A stretch of DNA of 41,884 nt, from contig LFTK01000050.1 in assembly GCA_001513385.1 (NCBI GenBank), forward strand, positions 1 through 41,884, read 5' to 3'. The position numbers were made by a program, and so were the translations under genes. Below, one piece after another: positions 9,760 through 18,672 of this stretch (position 1 is its first letter; each line of letters opens with the position of its first letter). The notes beneath the pieces are model-generated. The model had not been told where the DNA came from. It made no database searches and was given only the letters and a program-made list of their open reading frames with translations. This DNA is from Clostridiales bacterium DTU064. Its GTDB lineage: Bacteria > Bacillota > Clostridia > Oscillospirales > CAG-272.

Positions 9760-10044
9760 TCAGTTTTGCATACGAACGCTTTTATACTCGTCGTACTTTC
9801 TGTAATATGGGCAAACATAACGATCGTTTGACAACAGCCGCCAATATTCATCCTCATCAAGCATCATGCGGCAACTGTACTCCTCACATTCTTCATCAAA
9901 ATCATAAAAAAGACAATCCGTACAGTCAACAACAGTTTTTTTGACCGCTTTTAACGCTGTTTTTTTGGGTTTTCTTGCTTCTGCAGTATTGCTTTTATTT
10001 AAATTTTCGTTTGCACCTTCGCTTTTTTTCTCGTTCACTTTCAT
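9760..10044 (-). CDS. Small Cys-rich protein, DUF6472-like
   Basis: CxxC..YDFDEE..YxC...LDEDEY...CPYY..YDEYKSVR pattern recalled for DUF6472; strong RBS GAGGAGGTGA. Confidence 0.75.
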   Translation of the reverse strand: MKVNEKKSEGANENLNKSNTAEARKPKKTALKAVKKTVVDCTDCLFYDFDEECEEYSCRMMLDEDEYWRLLSNDRYVCPYYRKYDEYKSVRMQN

Positions 10045-10150
10045 TATACGGTCACCTCCTCATTCCGACAGTGAAAATTTTGCGGCAAATGTATTTTTAT
10101 ATATTCTCTACGCTTATTTTCACCGTTTTGACCATACTATATGCTTTTTT

Positions 10151-10681
10151 TTATTTAACAAGCTCCCCGTGTCTATTATATACAATGCCCATTCGCTTCT
10201 CTTTTGAGTATATAACAAACCATCGCACGATAAGATATACAGAAGCTGCGGTAAAAAGGGCGCTGATAACTGAACATGAGTAATAAAAAGCTCTATCAGG
10301 CTCATCAAAGAAAACGCAGTGACCGTAAACAGGCAAGAGGATGTTGTCAAATACCGATATAATGCCTTTATTTGCTGCTTCCGATGAGTTGGCGGAAGAT
10401 AAAGAGAAGGTTACATTTGCGATATATGCAGCACCGACCGAGCAAATGCCCCAGTATAAAAGCGAAATAAAAAGCGGAATCAACTGAGAACGTGATTTAT
10501 AAAGCATAAAAGCCCATGCGGCAAAAAATATAAATGTCGGCGCTGCGTGCTTAAATGTTGCAACACCAAGCTTATAATCGACAACAGTACCGATATTGAT
10601 AATTCCCACGATAAAAGGCAATATCAGCATGACTATTGTGATTGTAAATGTTTTTCCAAGATCAAATGCTGTCCGCCGCAA
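10151..10681 (-). CDS. Hypothetical membrane protein (about 4 TM)
   Basis: TTG start after GGGGAGG; hydrophobic helices; own promoter upstream. Confidence 0.7.
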   Translation of the reverse strand: MRRTAFDLGKTFTITIVMLILPFIVGIINIGTVVDYKLGVATFKHAAPTFIFFAAWAFMLYKSRSQLIPLFISLLYWGICSVGAAYIANVTFSLSSANSSEAANKGIISVFDNILLPVYGHCVFFDEPDRAFYYSCSVISALFTAASVYLIVRWFVIYSKEKRMGIVYNRHGELVK

Positions 10682-10723
10682 AATGAACCTCCCCTGATGT
10701 AAAACACATCACTTTATATTTTA

Positions 10724-10752
10724 ATTATACCACTCTGTTAGCTCTGCGTCGA
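10724..10752 (-). promoter_or_regulatory. sigma-A promoter for 10151..10681 (possibly also DUF6472-murD)
   Basis: TCGACG-17 nt-TATAAT with TG extension on the minus strand. Confidence 0.55.
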
Positions 10753-10788
10753 GTGGGATAAAAATATACGGTGCCGCGCTATATTCAT

Positions 10789-10840
10789 AAAAAAAGGCAG
10801 CCCCAGAGGATGCTTCCGTCACCCTCTGAGACTGCTGTTT
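10789..10840 (-). terminator. Intrinsic terminator of pfk
   Basis: Minus strand GCAGTCTCAGAGG...CCTCTGGGGCTGCC-TTTTTTT. Confidence 0.75.
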
Positions 10841-10858
10841 ACTTAAATTAAATTATAT

Positions 10859-12112
10859 TTAAACCGTAGCTTTGATTCTTCTCAGCTTTGCATAACGTGG
10901 CAGGCCATCGTCCGTCGGGATGTTGACCGTACCTTTTATGAGCGGAAGAGCGTAGTCGATGAATTTTTCATTTACGCCGTCACCGGTTACGTTTATCCAG
11001 TCGACAGGTAAAAACTTCTCCTTATTTGCAACTTTTTCAAGATCAATGAGCTTTATATCACAGCGGTATTGACCGTCGTGGCTGTAAATACGCTGGAATC
11101 CGACCATTTTATCCGTGAAGCCTTCAACAGCATATTCAACGGCCGCACGCCCTGCATGAAAGCTCTCGTCAATATCAGTTTGCGATGCGCAGTGAGCAGC
11201 GCAGCGCTGGAGAAGCGACAGCTCTATGCCGCGAACTTTAGCGCCTGTATGCTTTTTGACGAGGTCTGCTATATATGCAGCAAGTCCTCCCAACTGCGCG
11301 TGGCCGAAGCTATCCTTCTGCTGCGCAAGCGTTGAGGCATATTCTGCTATATAACGCCCGTCTTTATCGCGTATGCCTTCTGAAACAACTACAACGCAGT
11401 TGTGATTTCTTTTGTAGCAATAATCAAGCCTTTCGTAGAATCTGTCGAAGTCAAACGGTACTTCAGGCAGGTATATTAAGTCGGGACCGCAACCTTTGAG
11501 TGCAGCAAGCGCCGAGGCTGCAGCGAGCCACCCGGCGTTGCGCCCCATAACCTCAAATACCGTTATCGTACCGATGTCATATACATGAGTGTCCTTGTAA
11601 ACCTCCATAATTGAGGTGGCTATGTACTTTGCAGCGGAACCGTAGCCAGGACAATGGTCGGTTTCAGCAAGGTCATTATCTATTGTTTTAGGTATTCCCA
11701 TAACACGGCATTCATAGCCGTGCTCAAGACAATATTTCGATATTTTATTGCATGTGTCCATGCTATCGTTTCCGCCATTATAGAAGAAATAGCGGACATC
11801 ATATTTCATGAAAATTTCAAGGATGCGCTTATAATCAGAATCGTCCTCGGCCGGATCCTTCAGCTTATAACGGCATGAGCCGAGGGCACTTGAGGGAGTA
11901 TACTTTAAAAGCTCAAGCTCGTATGGCTCTTCTTTGTCGAGGTCGATCAAATTATCGTCAAGAATTCCACGAATACCGTTCTGAGCTCCTAATACCCGCG
12001 TTATCTCCCTGCGCTTCATTGCGGTTATTATGGCGCCATACGTACTCGCGTTGATTACTGCGGTCGGCCCGCCAGACTGTGCTATTATACATGCTCCGCG
12101 AAGTGTCGACAT
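10859..12112 (-). CDS. pfkA: 6-phosphofructokinase, probably PPi-dependent
   Basis: QSGGPTAVIN, GGNDS, PKTIDNDL, EVMGRNAGWL, VVSEG; Asp in GGND and Lys in PKTIDND are the PPi-type signature. Confidence 0.92.
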   Translation of the reverse strand: MSTLRGACIIAQSGGPTAVINASTYGAIITAMKRREITRVLGAQNGIRGILDDNLIDLDKEEPYELELLKYTPSSALGSCRYKLKDPAEDDSDYKRILEIFMKYDVRYFFYNGGNDSMDTCNKISKYCLEHGYECRVMGIPKTIDNDLAETDHCPGYGSAAKYIATSIMEVYKDTHVYDIGTITVFEVMGRNAGWLAAASALAALKGCGPDLIYLPEVPFDFDRFYERLDYCYKRNHNCVVVVSEGIRDKDGRYIAEYASTLAQQKDSFGHAQLGGLAAYIADLVKKHTGAKVRGIELSLLQRCAAHCASQTDIDESFHAGRAAVEYAVEGFTDKMVGFQRIYSHDGQYRCDIKLIDLEKVANKEKFLPVDWINVTGDGVNEKFIDYALPLIKGTVNIPTDDGLPRYAKLRRIKATV

Positions 12113-12154
12113 AAATTCCGATTATTCTCCTTGCATTTTATTCACTATGATACC

Positions 12155-12183
12155 AATATAACATATCTTGCAGCACAATTCAA
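12155..12183 (-). promoter_or_regulatory. sigma-A promoter of pfk
   Basis: TTGAAT-17 nt-TATATT with TG extension. Confidence 0.55.
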
Positions 12184-12201
12184 TATATTGCCAAGATAAT
12201 T
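12184..12201. promoter_or_regulatory. Putative operator TATATTG-C-CAAGATA (copy 1)
   Basis: Imperfect palindrome abutting the pfk -35; 17/18 identical to 16522..16539. Confidence 0.55.
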
Positions 12202-12270
12202 ATTTATGCCCGTAGTGCCTAATTTATCCGTTTAATTCTAATTTTTTCATTTATATATTTTTCTTGTATA

Positions 12271-13158
12271 TCATGAAAGCTCGCTGAAACCGTAACCCAT
12301 GACTTCTCTCGCATCAGATAAAATCATAAACGCCGAAGGATCAGCTTTTTTAACAATATTTTTTAAAATATAAAGTTCCTGACGCTTGACGACACACATG
12401 ATGACGTTTTTATTCATGCGAGAATACCATCCGATTCCATTCAGAATCGTAACGCCGCGGTCAAGCTCACGGAAAATAGCATCCGATATTACGTCATATT
12501 TATCCGAAATGATAAGCGTCAACTTTGCCGTCCTGCTACCGTCGAGAACAAGGTCTAAGGCAAATGAGTATGATGATGCTGCAATCAGTGAATACAGAAT
12601 TGCCGTGTAATTATGAAGCGCAATAGCCGAACCGACAATAATAAAAAAGTCAATTATCAATATCATCCGCCCTGTTGAAAACCGCTTGTATTTATGGCTC
12701 AGCATCACACCAGCGAGATCACTGCCGCCGGTATTATATCCGCGTGTCATCATAACACCTGTGCCAACGCCCATAACGGCACCACCCATAAGGGCACAGA
12801 GTAGCGGATCATTAAGCGTGACAGGCAAAAATGTTAAAAGATCCGTTGCGGCTGATGAAATTATTATAGTAATAATAGTTTTGGAAAGGAAGCGGAACCC
12901 GAACATTTTCAGCGCACAAAGCACAAGAGGTACGTTAAGCGCAAGGATGACCATACCTACGTCAGTCCCATACAAAATATTAAGGGTTGTCGCTATACCG
13001 GCAATACCTCCCATTACCGTGTGCGAGGGCAAAAGAAAGACGGTCAGCGATGAGGCATATAGTGCGCTGCCCGCCAAAAGCGTTCCTATCTCGTAAAATA
13101 AATGTTGTATGTTTTTCCTGTTAAAAAATTTTTGTTTTAATACTTCCTTTGCTGACAT
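12271..13158 (-). CDS. YitT-family membrane protein (DUF161 + DUF2179)
   Basis: GGIAGIA, LNVPL, GG..MG.G.G, NTGGSD, C-terminal IIS....I...I..ELDRGVT...G.G.Y...DPSAF....AREVMG.GF. Confidence 0.9.
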   Translation of the reverse strand: MSAKEVLKQKFFNRKNIQHLFYEIGTLLAGSALYASSLTVFLLPSHTVMGGIAGIATTLNILYGTDVGMVILALNVPLVLCALKMFGFRFLSKTIITIIISSAATDLLTFLPVTLNDPLLCALMGGAVMGVGTGVMMTRGYNTGGSDLAGVMLSHKYKRFSTGRMILIIDFFIIVGSAIALHNYTAILYSLIAASSYSFALDLVLDGSRTAKLTLIISDKYDVISDAIFRELDRGVTILNGIGWYSRMNKNVIMCVVKRQELYILKNIVKKADPSAFMILSDAREVMGYGFSELS

Positions 13159-13199
13159 CTATGTCACTCCAAATATTTTCCATTACTTTTCTTAATACA

Positions 13200-13228
13200 A
13201 TTATATATTATAATGAGCATTTTATCAA
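13200..13228 (-). promoter_or_regulatory. sigma-A promoter of yitT-like gene
   Basis: TTGATA-17 nt-TATAAT. Confidence 0.65.
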
Positions 13229-13242
13229 CAACAAGGTGCACC

Positions 13243-13283
13243 GGGCACAATATTTATTGTATTCCTTATTTTATATTGTGCCC
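13243..13283 (-). terminator. Hairpin/likely terminator after the mannosidase gene
   Basis: GGGCACAATAT...ATATTGTGCCC 11-bp inverted repeat; T-tract is weak. Confidence 0.5.
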
Positions 13284-13328
13284 AGCGCTCATTTCTATGC
13301 ATTATTTAACTTTTTTGTGTATTAACTT

Positions 13329-16300
13329 TTAAAACCAAACGCGCAGCGTTTTTATCTCAAACGGACGAAGCGCAAGCTCGATTTTTTCACCAGCGGTAAC
13401 ATCACCGAGCGGCTCCTCAAGTATGTTACATTCGACATATTGCTTTATGTTAAAATCAGATGTCAGGCTGACTCTGCGGTGCCCGCCGCCTGCTTCATGC
13501 AGCCGGATTATATAACCATCGCCATCCTCAGCGAGCTTAACAGCGTCAACGCACACACGATCCGAGCTGATTTTTACAAGATGTGCCGTATTTTTTGCTC
13601 CATTGCATAATAAAGGCTCCCCTTCTTTCACAAATGGAGAAGTATTTAAAGCCATTGCTTCTTCAATGACACCGGCACTTTCTGATGTAACGCTCCCCGT
13701 GTGCGGAAGGAGTGAATAGGTAAACTCATGCACGCCCATATCCGCCACAGGATCCGGGTGTTTGCTTGAGCGCAGAAGCGACAGCGTCATTTTGTTTCCG
13801 CATATGCCGTAACCGTATTTACAATCGTTTAAAAGAGCGACGCCGTACCCATCCTCGGAAACATCCGCCCACTTATGCCCGACAACCTCATAGCGTGCGA
13901 CATCCCAGCTTGTGTTTTTATGTGTCGGACGACGCACATGTCCGTACTGGATGTCATACGTTGCATCAGTCGCGCGGATATCTACACAAAACGCTGCTTT
14001 GAGAAGGCGGTGTTCCTCATGCCAGTCAACGCGGGTTTTAAAGTCAATCGTGCGGCTGTCTTTGTAGACTTTCATGTCCTGTGTGATTGTTGATTTCCCG
14101 CTATCCGAGGTGCTTTCAAAACGAACGACGGCATAAAGCTCACCAGATGACACAATGCGCGGCTTTTTTGTTGCTATTGCTTCTTTTTTCTTCTCGGAGT
14201 AGAACACGTCAATATTCCATGCGTCATATTGAAGCGGCTTATCCTCGTATATTTCAAGAATATTTCCGCGCTCGCCCGGCGCTAATACTTCTCTTTCATT
14301 GTCACGGTCGTAAATGGAGACAAGAGCGTTGTTTTCATCCCATTTTATGATATAGTGCGGTGTTACAAGTGTTTTTGAGTCGCTGTCGAAAGAAAAAGTA
14401 GATATGACACCTTGCTCAATTACGTTATTTTGTGTGTCGGCGGGGGCTTTTGTGACGCACGAGAGCGAAAGCGGCTCTGTTTTTACTAAAACATCGGCAT
14501 ACATCCCGTCATCCGTCACCTGCACCGGAAGTGGCGAGCCGTCTGCGCTGAAATATGTGTCGCCGCTGTTATACGGCAGTCGAATTATGCGCTCCGCGCA
14601 GTACGGGGATGGCTCAAATATCGTATATGTGCCTGCCTTTTGATTTGTAAGCACCTCTGTTACTTCCCCTTCAACTGCGTCAAGTGTGTCAAAGACTTCT
14701 TTATATTCCTTCTCCGAATCCTCGTACACCTCACGGATTGACGAGCCGGGGAGTATGTCGTGGAATTGATTGCGAAGCGTCGTCTCCCAGCAAAGGTCAA
14801 TTTTATCCTTCGGGTATTTAAAGTCCGGTTTTATAATTGATGCAAGCGACGATATCGCCTCTGCGCGAAAAAGCTGAAACTCAGCTTTTCTGTTGTTTTT
14901 CTTATTCTTTGCCTGTGTTGTGTATGTTCCGCGGTGGAACTCAAGATATAGCTCGCCATCCCAGACGGCAACGCGATCGCCCGCTGCCTTTGCATCACGG
15001 TGAATATACTCGAAAAATTCGCCTGCTTTCTCCGTTTTAACATTCGGCAAGCCCGGCATCATATCCATTGCCCTGCGCAGCATAAGCATATCGCGGTTGA
15101 CGCCTCCGCCGCCATCGCCATAGCCGTATGATATAAGCACGCGGTTCGTTATTTCCTTATCGCGGAAACACTCCCACGCGCCGACGGCTGAATACGGATC
15201 CATATAGCCGTTATATGTAGCCGTTTCATAAGACCCTCTCGTCGGCGTTGTAATAAAATACGTTAAAACTTCCGTGCCGTCTATGCCGCGCCAGCGGAAG
15301 ATGTTGTGTGGCATCCTGTTGACCTCATTCCAGCTTATCTTTGTCGTCATAAACGTCTTTATTCCGCACTGTTTCATAAGCTGCGGCAGCGCCCAGCTGT
15401 AACCGAAAGCGTCAGGCAGCCAAAGATGACGGCAGCGAACACCAAACTCCTCTTCAAAAAACCGTATGCCGTATAAAAACTGCCTTGCGAGCGCTTCTCC
15501 CGATGAAATATTGCAGTCAGCTTCAAGCCACATGGCGCCGTCCGCTTCCCATCTTCCCTCACTCACGCGCTTTTTTATTTTTTCGTATATGTAAGGGCAG
15601 TCGTTTTTGATATATTTATAAAGCTGCGGCTGGCTTTGCAGGAAAATAAACTCGGGGAATTCTTCCATTAAGCGGAGGGCTGTTGCAAAGGAGCGGATAG
15701 CCTTTTCACGTGTATGCTTTAAGCGCCAGAGCCACGCAACGTCGATATGCGTATGCCCGACACCAGCTATTGTGACAGCACTATGCTTCTCCATCCGTGA
15801 AAGCGAAACTTTCAGGGATGCAAGCGCCGCTTTCACAGACGCATAAAACTCGTCTTCATTATCGCTCCAGTCAACAAGCAACATTGACTCGTCGAGTGCG
15901 CGAAGTGTCGCGTAGCGCTCGGCGCTTCCGTGTGGCATCACATCAGCGGATTCGCATATAGTGCGAGCAAGATAATAGTACTCATCTGTATCAACCGACA
16001 AATAACCGATGTGAGCGCTGTTTACCTTTTGCCTGCGCGGAGTTTTGTCGCCGCTGCCGTTAACACCGCTCCAAAGAAGAATGGTAAGCTCAATTTCTTG
16101 TCCGGCAAATTCATCAAGGAGCACCTCCGTGTGGTTTGAATCAATCCCCTGATATGGCTTACCGTCTACGTATAAAACCCCCTCAAATCCGCCGCCGTCG
16201 TTAAAATTAAAAATTCCAATCGGGCGGCATCCGTCCTTCCTCTGCGGCACGGCGATCTTTTTCTTCATCCATATGTATCTGTCGTACCCTGTGATGACGT

Positions 16301-16487
16301 CATATAGCGACAGCGCCATTGTTTTATCTGCATTAACCTCGCCACTCGGCGGGTCGGCATAAACATCGTCACTGTCAAGCCCGCCCTCCAAAGCAACAAG
16401 CGGCGTTATCGGCACAAGGCCCACATACCGGCGGTGTCTCAGTTCCGCTGTCCTTGCCTTTAGTTTATCAAGTGTGCTGTAAACCAA
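13329..16487 (-). CDS. Glycoside hydrolase family 38 alpha-mannosidase (cytoplasmic)
   Basis: Zn motif HTHIDVAWLW, nucleophile WLPDAFGY, GYGDGGGG, ELYLEFHRGTYT, NQFHDILPGSSI; TTG start after GAGGGG; no signal peptide. Confidence 0.95.
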   Translation of the reverse strand: MVYSTLDKLKARTAELRHRRYVGLVPITPLVALEGGLDSDDVYADPPSGEVNADKTMALSLYDVITGYDRYIWMKKKIAVPQRKDGCRPIGIFNFNDGGGFEGVLYVDGKPYQGIDSNHTEVLLDEFAGQEIELTILLWSGVNGSGDKTPRRQKVNSAHIGYLSVDTDEYYYLARTICESADVMPHGSAERYATLRALDESMLLVDWSDNEDEFYASVKAALASLKVSLSRMEKHSAVTIAGVGHTHIDVAWLWRLKHTREKAIRSFATALRLMEEFPEFIFLQSQPQLYKYIKNDCPYIYEKIKKRVSEGRWEADGAMWLEADCNISSGEALARQFLYGIRFFEEEFGVRCRHLWLPDAFGYSWALPQLMKQCGIKTFMTTKISWNEVNRMPHNIFRWRGIDGTEVLTYFITTPTRGSYETATYNGYMDPYSAVGAWECFRDKEITNRVLISYGYGDGGGGVNRDMLMLRRAMDMMPGLPNVKTEKAGEFFEYIHRDAKAAGDRVAVWDGELYLEFHRGTYTTQAKNKKNNRKAEFQLFRAEAISSLASIIKPDFKYPKDKIDLCWETTLRNQFHDILPGSSIREVYEDSEKEYKEVFDTLDAVEGEVTEVLTNQKAGTYTIFEPSPYCAERIIRLPYNSGDTYFSADGSPLPVQVTDDGMYADVLVKTEPLSLSCVTKAPADTQNNVIEQGVISTFSFDSDSKTLVTPHYIIKWDENNALVSIYDRDNEREVLAPGERGNILEIYEDKPLQYDAWNIDVFYSEKKKEAIATKKPRIVSSGELYAVVRFESTSDSGKSTITQDMKVYKDSRTIDFKTRVDWHEEHRLLKAAFCVDIRATDATYDIQYGHVRRPTHKNTSWDVARYEVVGHKWADVSEDGYGVALLNDCKYGYGICGNKMTLSLLRSSKHPDPVADMGVHEFTYSLLPHTGSVTSESAGVIEEAMALNTSPFVKEGEPLLCNGAKNTAHLVKISSDRVCVDAVKLAEDGDGYIIRLHEAGGGHRRVSLTSDFNIKQYVECNILEEPLGDVTAGEKIELALRPFEIKTLRVWF

Positions 16488-16521
16488 CTCTATTCCCCTC
16501 CGACTTTCATTTTTATATTTC

Positions 16522-16539
16522 TATATCGCCAAGATAATT
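16522..16539. promoter_or_regulatory. Putative operator TATATCG-C-CAAGATA (copy 2)
   Basis: Lies between an extended -10 (TGaTATAAT, 16551..16559 minus) and the mannosidase RBS. Confidence 0.55.
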
Positions 16540-16571
16540 CTCCTGTATCTATTATATCAATAAGGACTAAT

Positions 16572-16607
16572 AAAAAAAGCGTCTGACGAAAAGTCAACGC
16601 TTCTTTT
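16572..16607 (-). terminator. Terminator downstream of SGNH hydrolase
   Basis: Minus strand AAGCGTTGAC-TTTTC-GTCAGACGCTT-TTTTT. Confidence 0.6.
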
Positions 16608-16800
16608 GCTATTATTTTTTCATCAGCCGGTTTTTACAAGATATGCCGCTGGTCATTTAATTGTCGCTTAATGTTTTTCTCGCACTTCTTTTGTGTCAAT
16701 GTACGCGCAAAACCGGTGTGGACAGAAAATTCAACGTATGCTATAATAAATGTAATAGTTTTCATCAAAAGCCAGAGGTACCCGGCGCATAAACAAATTA

Positions 16801-17514
16801 TTATACTGCAATATTGCCCCGCTGTCCCTGATGGCAAAATACAGCTTCAAACGACGAGCATATAACAGCGTCGATTATCGAATACCCCTTTTCCGTCGGG
16901 TGGATTCCGTCACGGGAAAGAAGCGATGAAAACTCATGTGAGCGGAGATATGGCGTCCTTATGTCAAGGAGCAACGAGCCTGTTTCGTTCGCTACCCGCT
17001 CAGTCATAGCATTATAATATTCATGCCAGCGGTAGAGCATAGATATGTCGCCAAGCCAGTTAAGTATACGCCCGCTGTCTTTATCCTTGCTTATATGATT
17101 GAAAAAGCGATTTGCGTCAATCGGCACAAGGTTAGTAACAGCAACATCTGCTCCGCGCTCGCGGATGCTCTCAATAAGCGATGAATAAGTCATCTCATAT
17201 TCGTCGTCCGGTGTCTTTGGTGAATAGACGCCCTCTTTGCCGTGCTCCGATACGCAGGACCAGTCAAAATCGCAGTCGTTTCCGCCAAATCCGAGGATAA
17301 CAACAGCGCCATCCATATCGGATGCCGGTATCTCTTTTATCCTCTCAAGGCCGTCGCGAAGCGTAAAACCCATTCTTGCTTTGTTGACAACATCAAAGCC
17401 AAGCTGTGAGAGCGGCTCAAGGCCTGCTCTGCGGCTGATTACATACCGCCCGCGTTCCTCCGAAAAGGTGACGCCGCGCATAATAGAATCTCCGATAATA
17501 AAAAGCTTGCTCAT
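16801..17514 (-). CDS. SGNH/GDSL-family hydrolase (esterase/lipase)
   Basis: Block I IGDSI, block III GFGGNDC, block V DGIHP. Confidence 0.9.
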   Translation of the reverse strand: MSKLFIIGDSIMRGVTFSEERGRYVISRRAGLEPLSQLGFDVVNKARMGFTLRDGLERIKEIPASDMDGAVVILGFGGNDCDFDWSCVSEHGKEGVYSPKTPDDEYEMTYSSLIESIRERGADVAVTNLVPIDANRFFNHISKDKDSGRILNWLGDISMLYRWHEYYNAMTERVANETGSLLLDIRTPYLRSHEFSSLLSRDGIHPTEKGYSIIDAVICSSFEAVFCHQGQRGNIAV

Positions 17515-17813
17515 ATACTCATCCTTCTTGTATTCTTATATAATAACTATTTTTAAATGCCACTGTTTTACAGCTTTTTATAATCTGGGGCAAATAGATC
17601 ATTGTTTATTATTGCCCGCCGCGGTGGTAATTAGTCCGGACTTCATATATCATTATTACCATGATGTGGTGTTTTAACTCAACCCACACCTGTGTTTTGT
17701 ATCTCTAAACCCAATGTCACCGGGCATAGAGATAAAAAAAGCAACTCTACTGCCGCCACTTACCTCTCTACCGTCAGAAGAATAGCCGTTTTTATGATAA
17801 AATAGGGTGTCTT

Positions 17814-18395
17814 ATGGATCAGATCAAACAAAATGTTGCGAAGAATATCGCACGGCTGAGAACGTCCGCTCACTTGACGCAAGCAGAACTCGCACAGCGT
17901 CTTTGCTATTCGGACAAAGCCGTCTCAAAATGGGAACGTGGTGAAAGCATTCCCGATATATCTGTTCTCAAGCAGATTGCCGACCTTTTTGGTGTCACCG
18001 TTGATTATCTGATAACAGATACAACGGATGAGAGCATTCCTCTGCCGCCTGCCAACAGACGCCGTAACCATATCATCATCACTCTTTTGTCGCTCGCCGG
18101 CGTATGGTTCATCGCCTTACTCATTTTCACCGTCTTTTATACAATGAACCGCGTCGAGTGGATGACGTTCCTTTTTGCCGTTCCTGTTTCTTTGATTGTA
18201 GGGCTTGTCTTTGCCTCAATATGGGGTACACGCATGCAGCGGTTTTGGCTTGTGTCTGCCCTAATATGGGACGTGTTCGCGACTGTATACATACTGACAA
18301 TTCACCTGAACATATGGCTGCTCTTCGTCGCCGCTGTTCCGTGCCAGATAGCAGCAATTTTGAGCTTTGGCATACGAATCAACAGGTTAAAATAG
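17814..18395 (+). CDS. XRE-family HTH regulator with about 4 C-terminal TM helices
   Basis: LTQAELAQRL.YSDKAVSKWERGESIPD..LKQIADLFGVTVDYL followed by hydrophobic helices. Confidence 0.9.
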   Translation: MDQIKQNVAKNIARLRTSAHLTQAELAQRLCYSDKAVSKWERGESIPDISVLKQIADLFGVTVDYLITDTTDESIPLPPANRRRNHIIITLLSLAGVWFIALLIFTVFYTMNRVEWMTFLFAVPVSLIVGLVFASIWGTRMQRFWLVSALIWDVFATVYILTIHLNIWLLFVAAVPCQIAAILSFGIRINRLK

Positions 18396-18466
18396 TGTTA
18401 TACCGCTCATAAGAAAGTTTTTATAATAGAGAATATAATTGTACTGCTAAAAAAGCAGCGAAATAT

Positions 18467-18499
18467 AAAAAGGCTTGCAAAGAGACGCAAGCCTTTTTT
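18467..18499. terminator. Bidirectional terminator after the XRE gene
   Basis: AAAAAGGCTTGC...GCAAGCCTTTTTT. Confidence 0.75.
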
Positions 18500-18587
18500 G
18501 CTTATATATCATCATTCCTGTTTATATTCAAGCCTGTTTTTTGATGCAATCATTGAAACAAAAAACTGCGGGTAATTTAAAATGCAG

Positions 18588-18622
18588 AAAAACGCTCACC
18601 ATCAAGTTCGGTGAGCGTTTTT
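18588..18622. terminator. Bidirectional terminator after the ahpF-like gene
   Basis: AAAAACGCTCACC...GGTGAGCGTTTTT. Confidence 0.75.
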
Positions 18623-18672
18623 GTAATCAATCGTTTAATGGTGAGAAACGGAGGGAACCGAGCTACTGTTTG

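Noticed and set aside
16634-16865. Small ORFs between the mannosidase and SGNH genes
   Set aside because: No RBS or recognisable motif, and they overlap the SGNH 3' end.
17690-17790. Possible lysine riboswitch (AGAGGT on minus strand)
   Set aside because: Downstream conserved elements and multi-stem architecture are absent, and the gene context does not fit.
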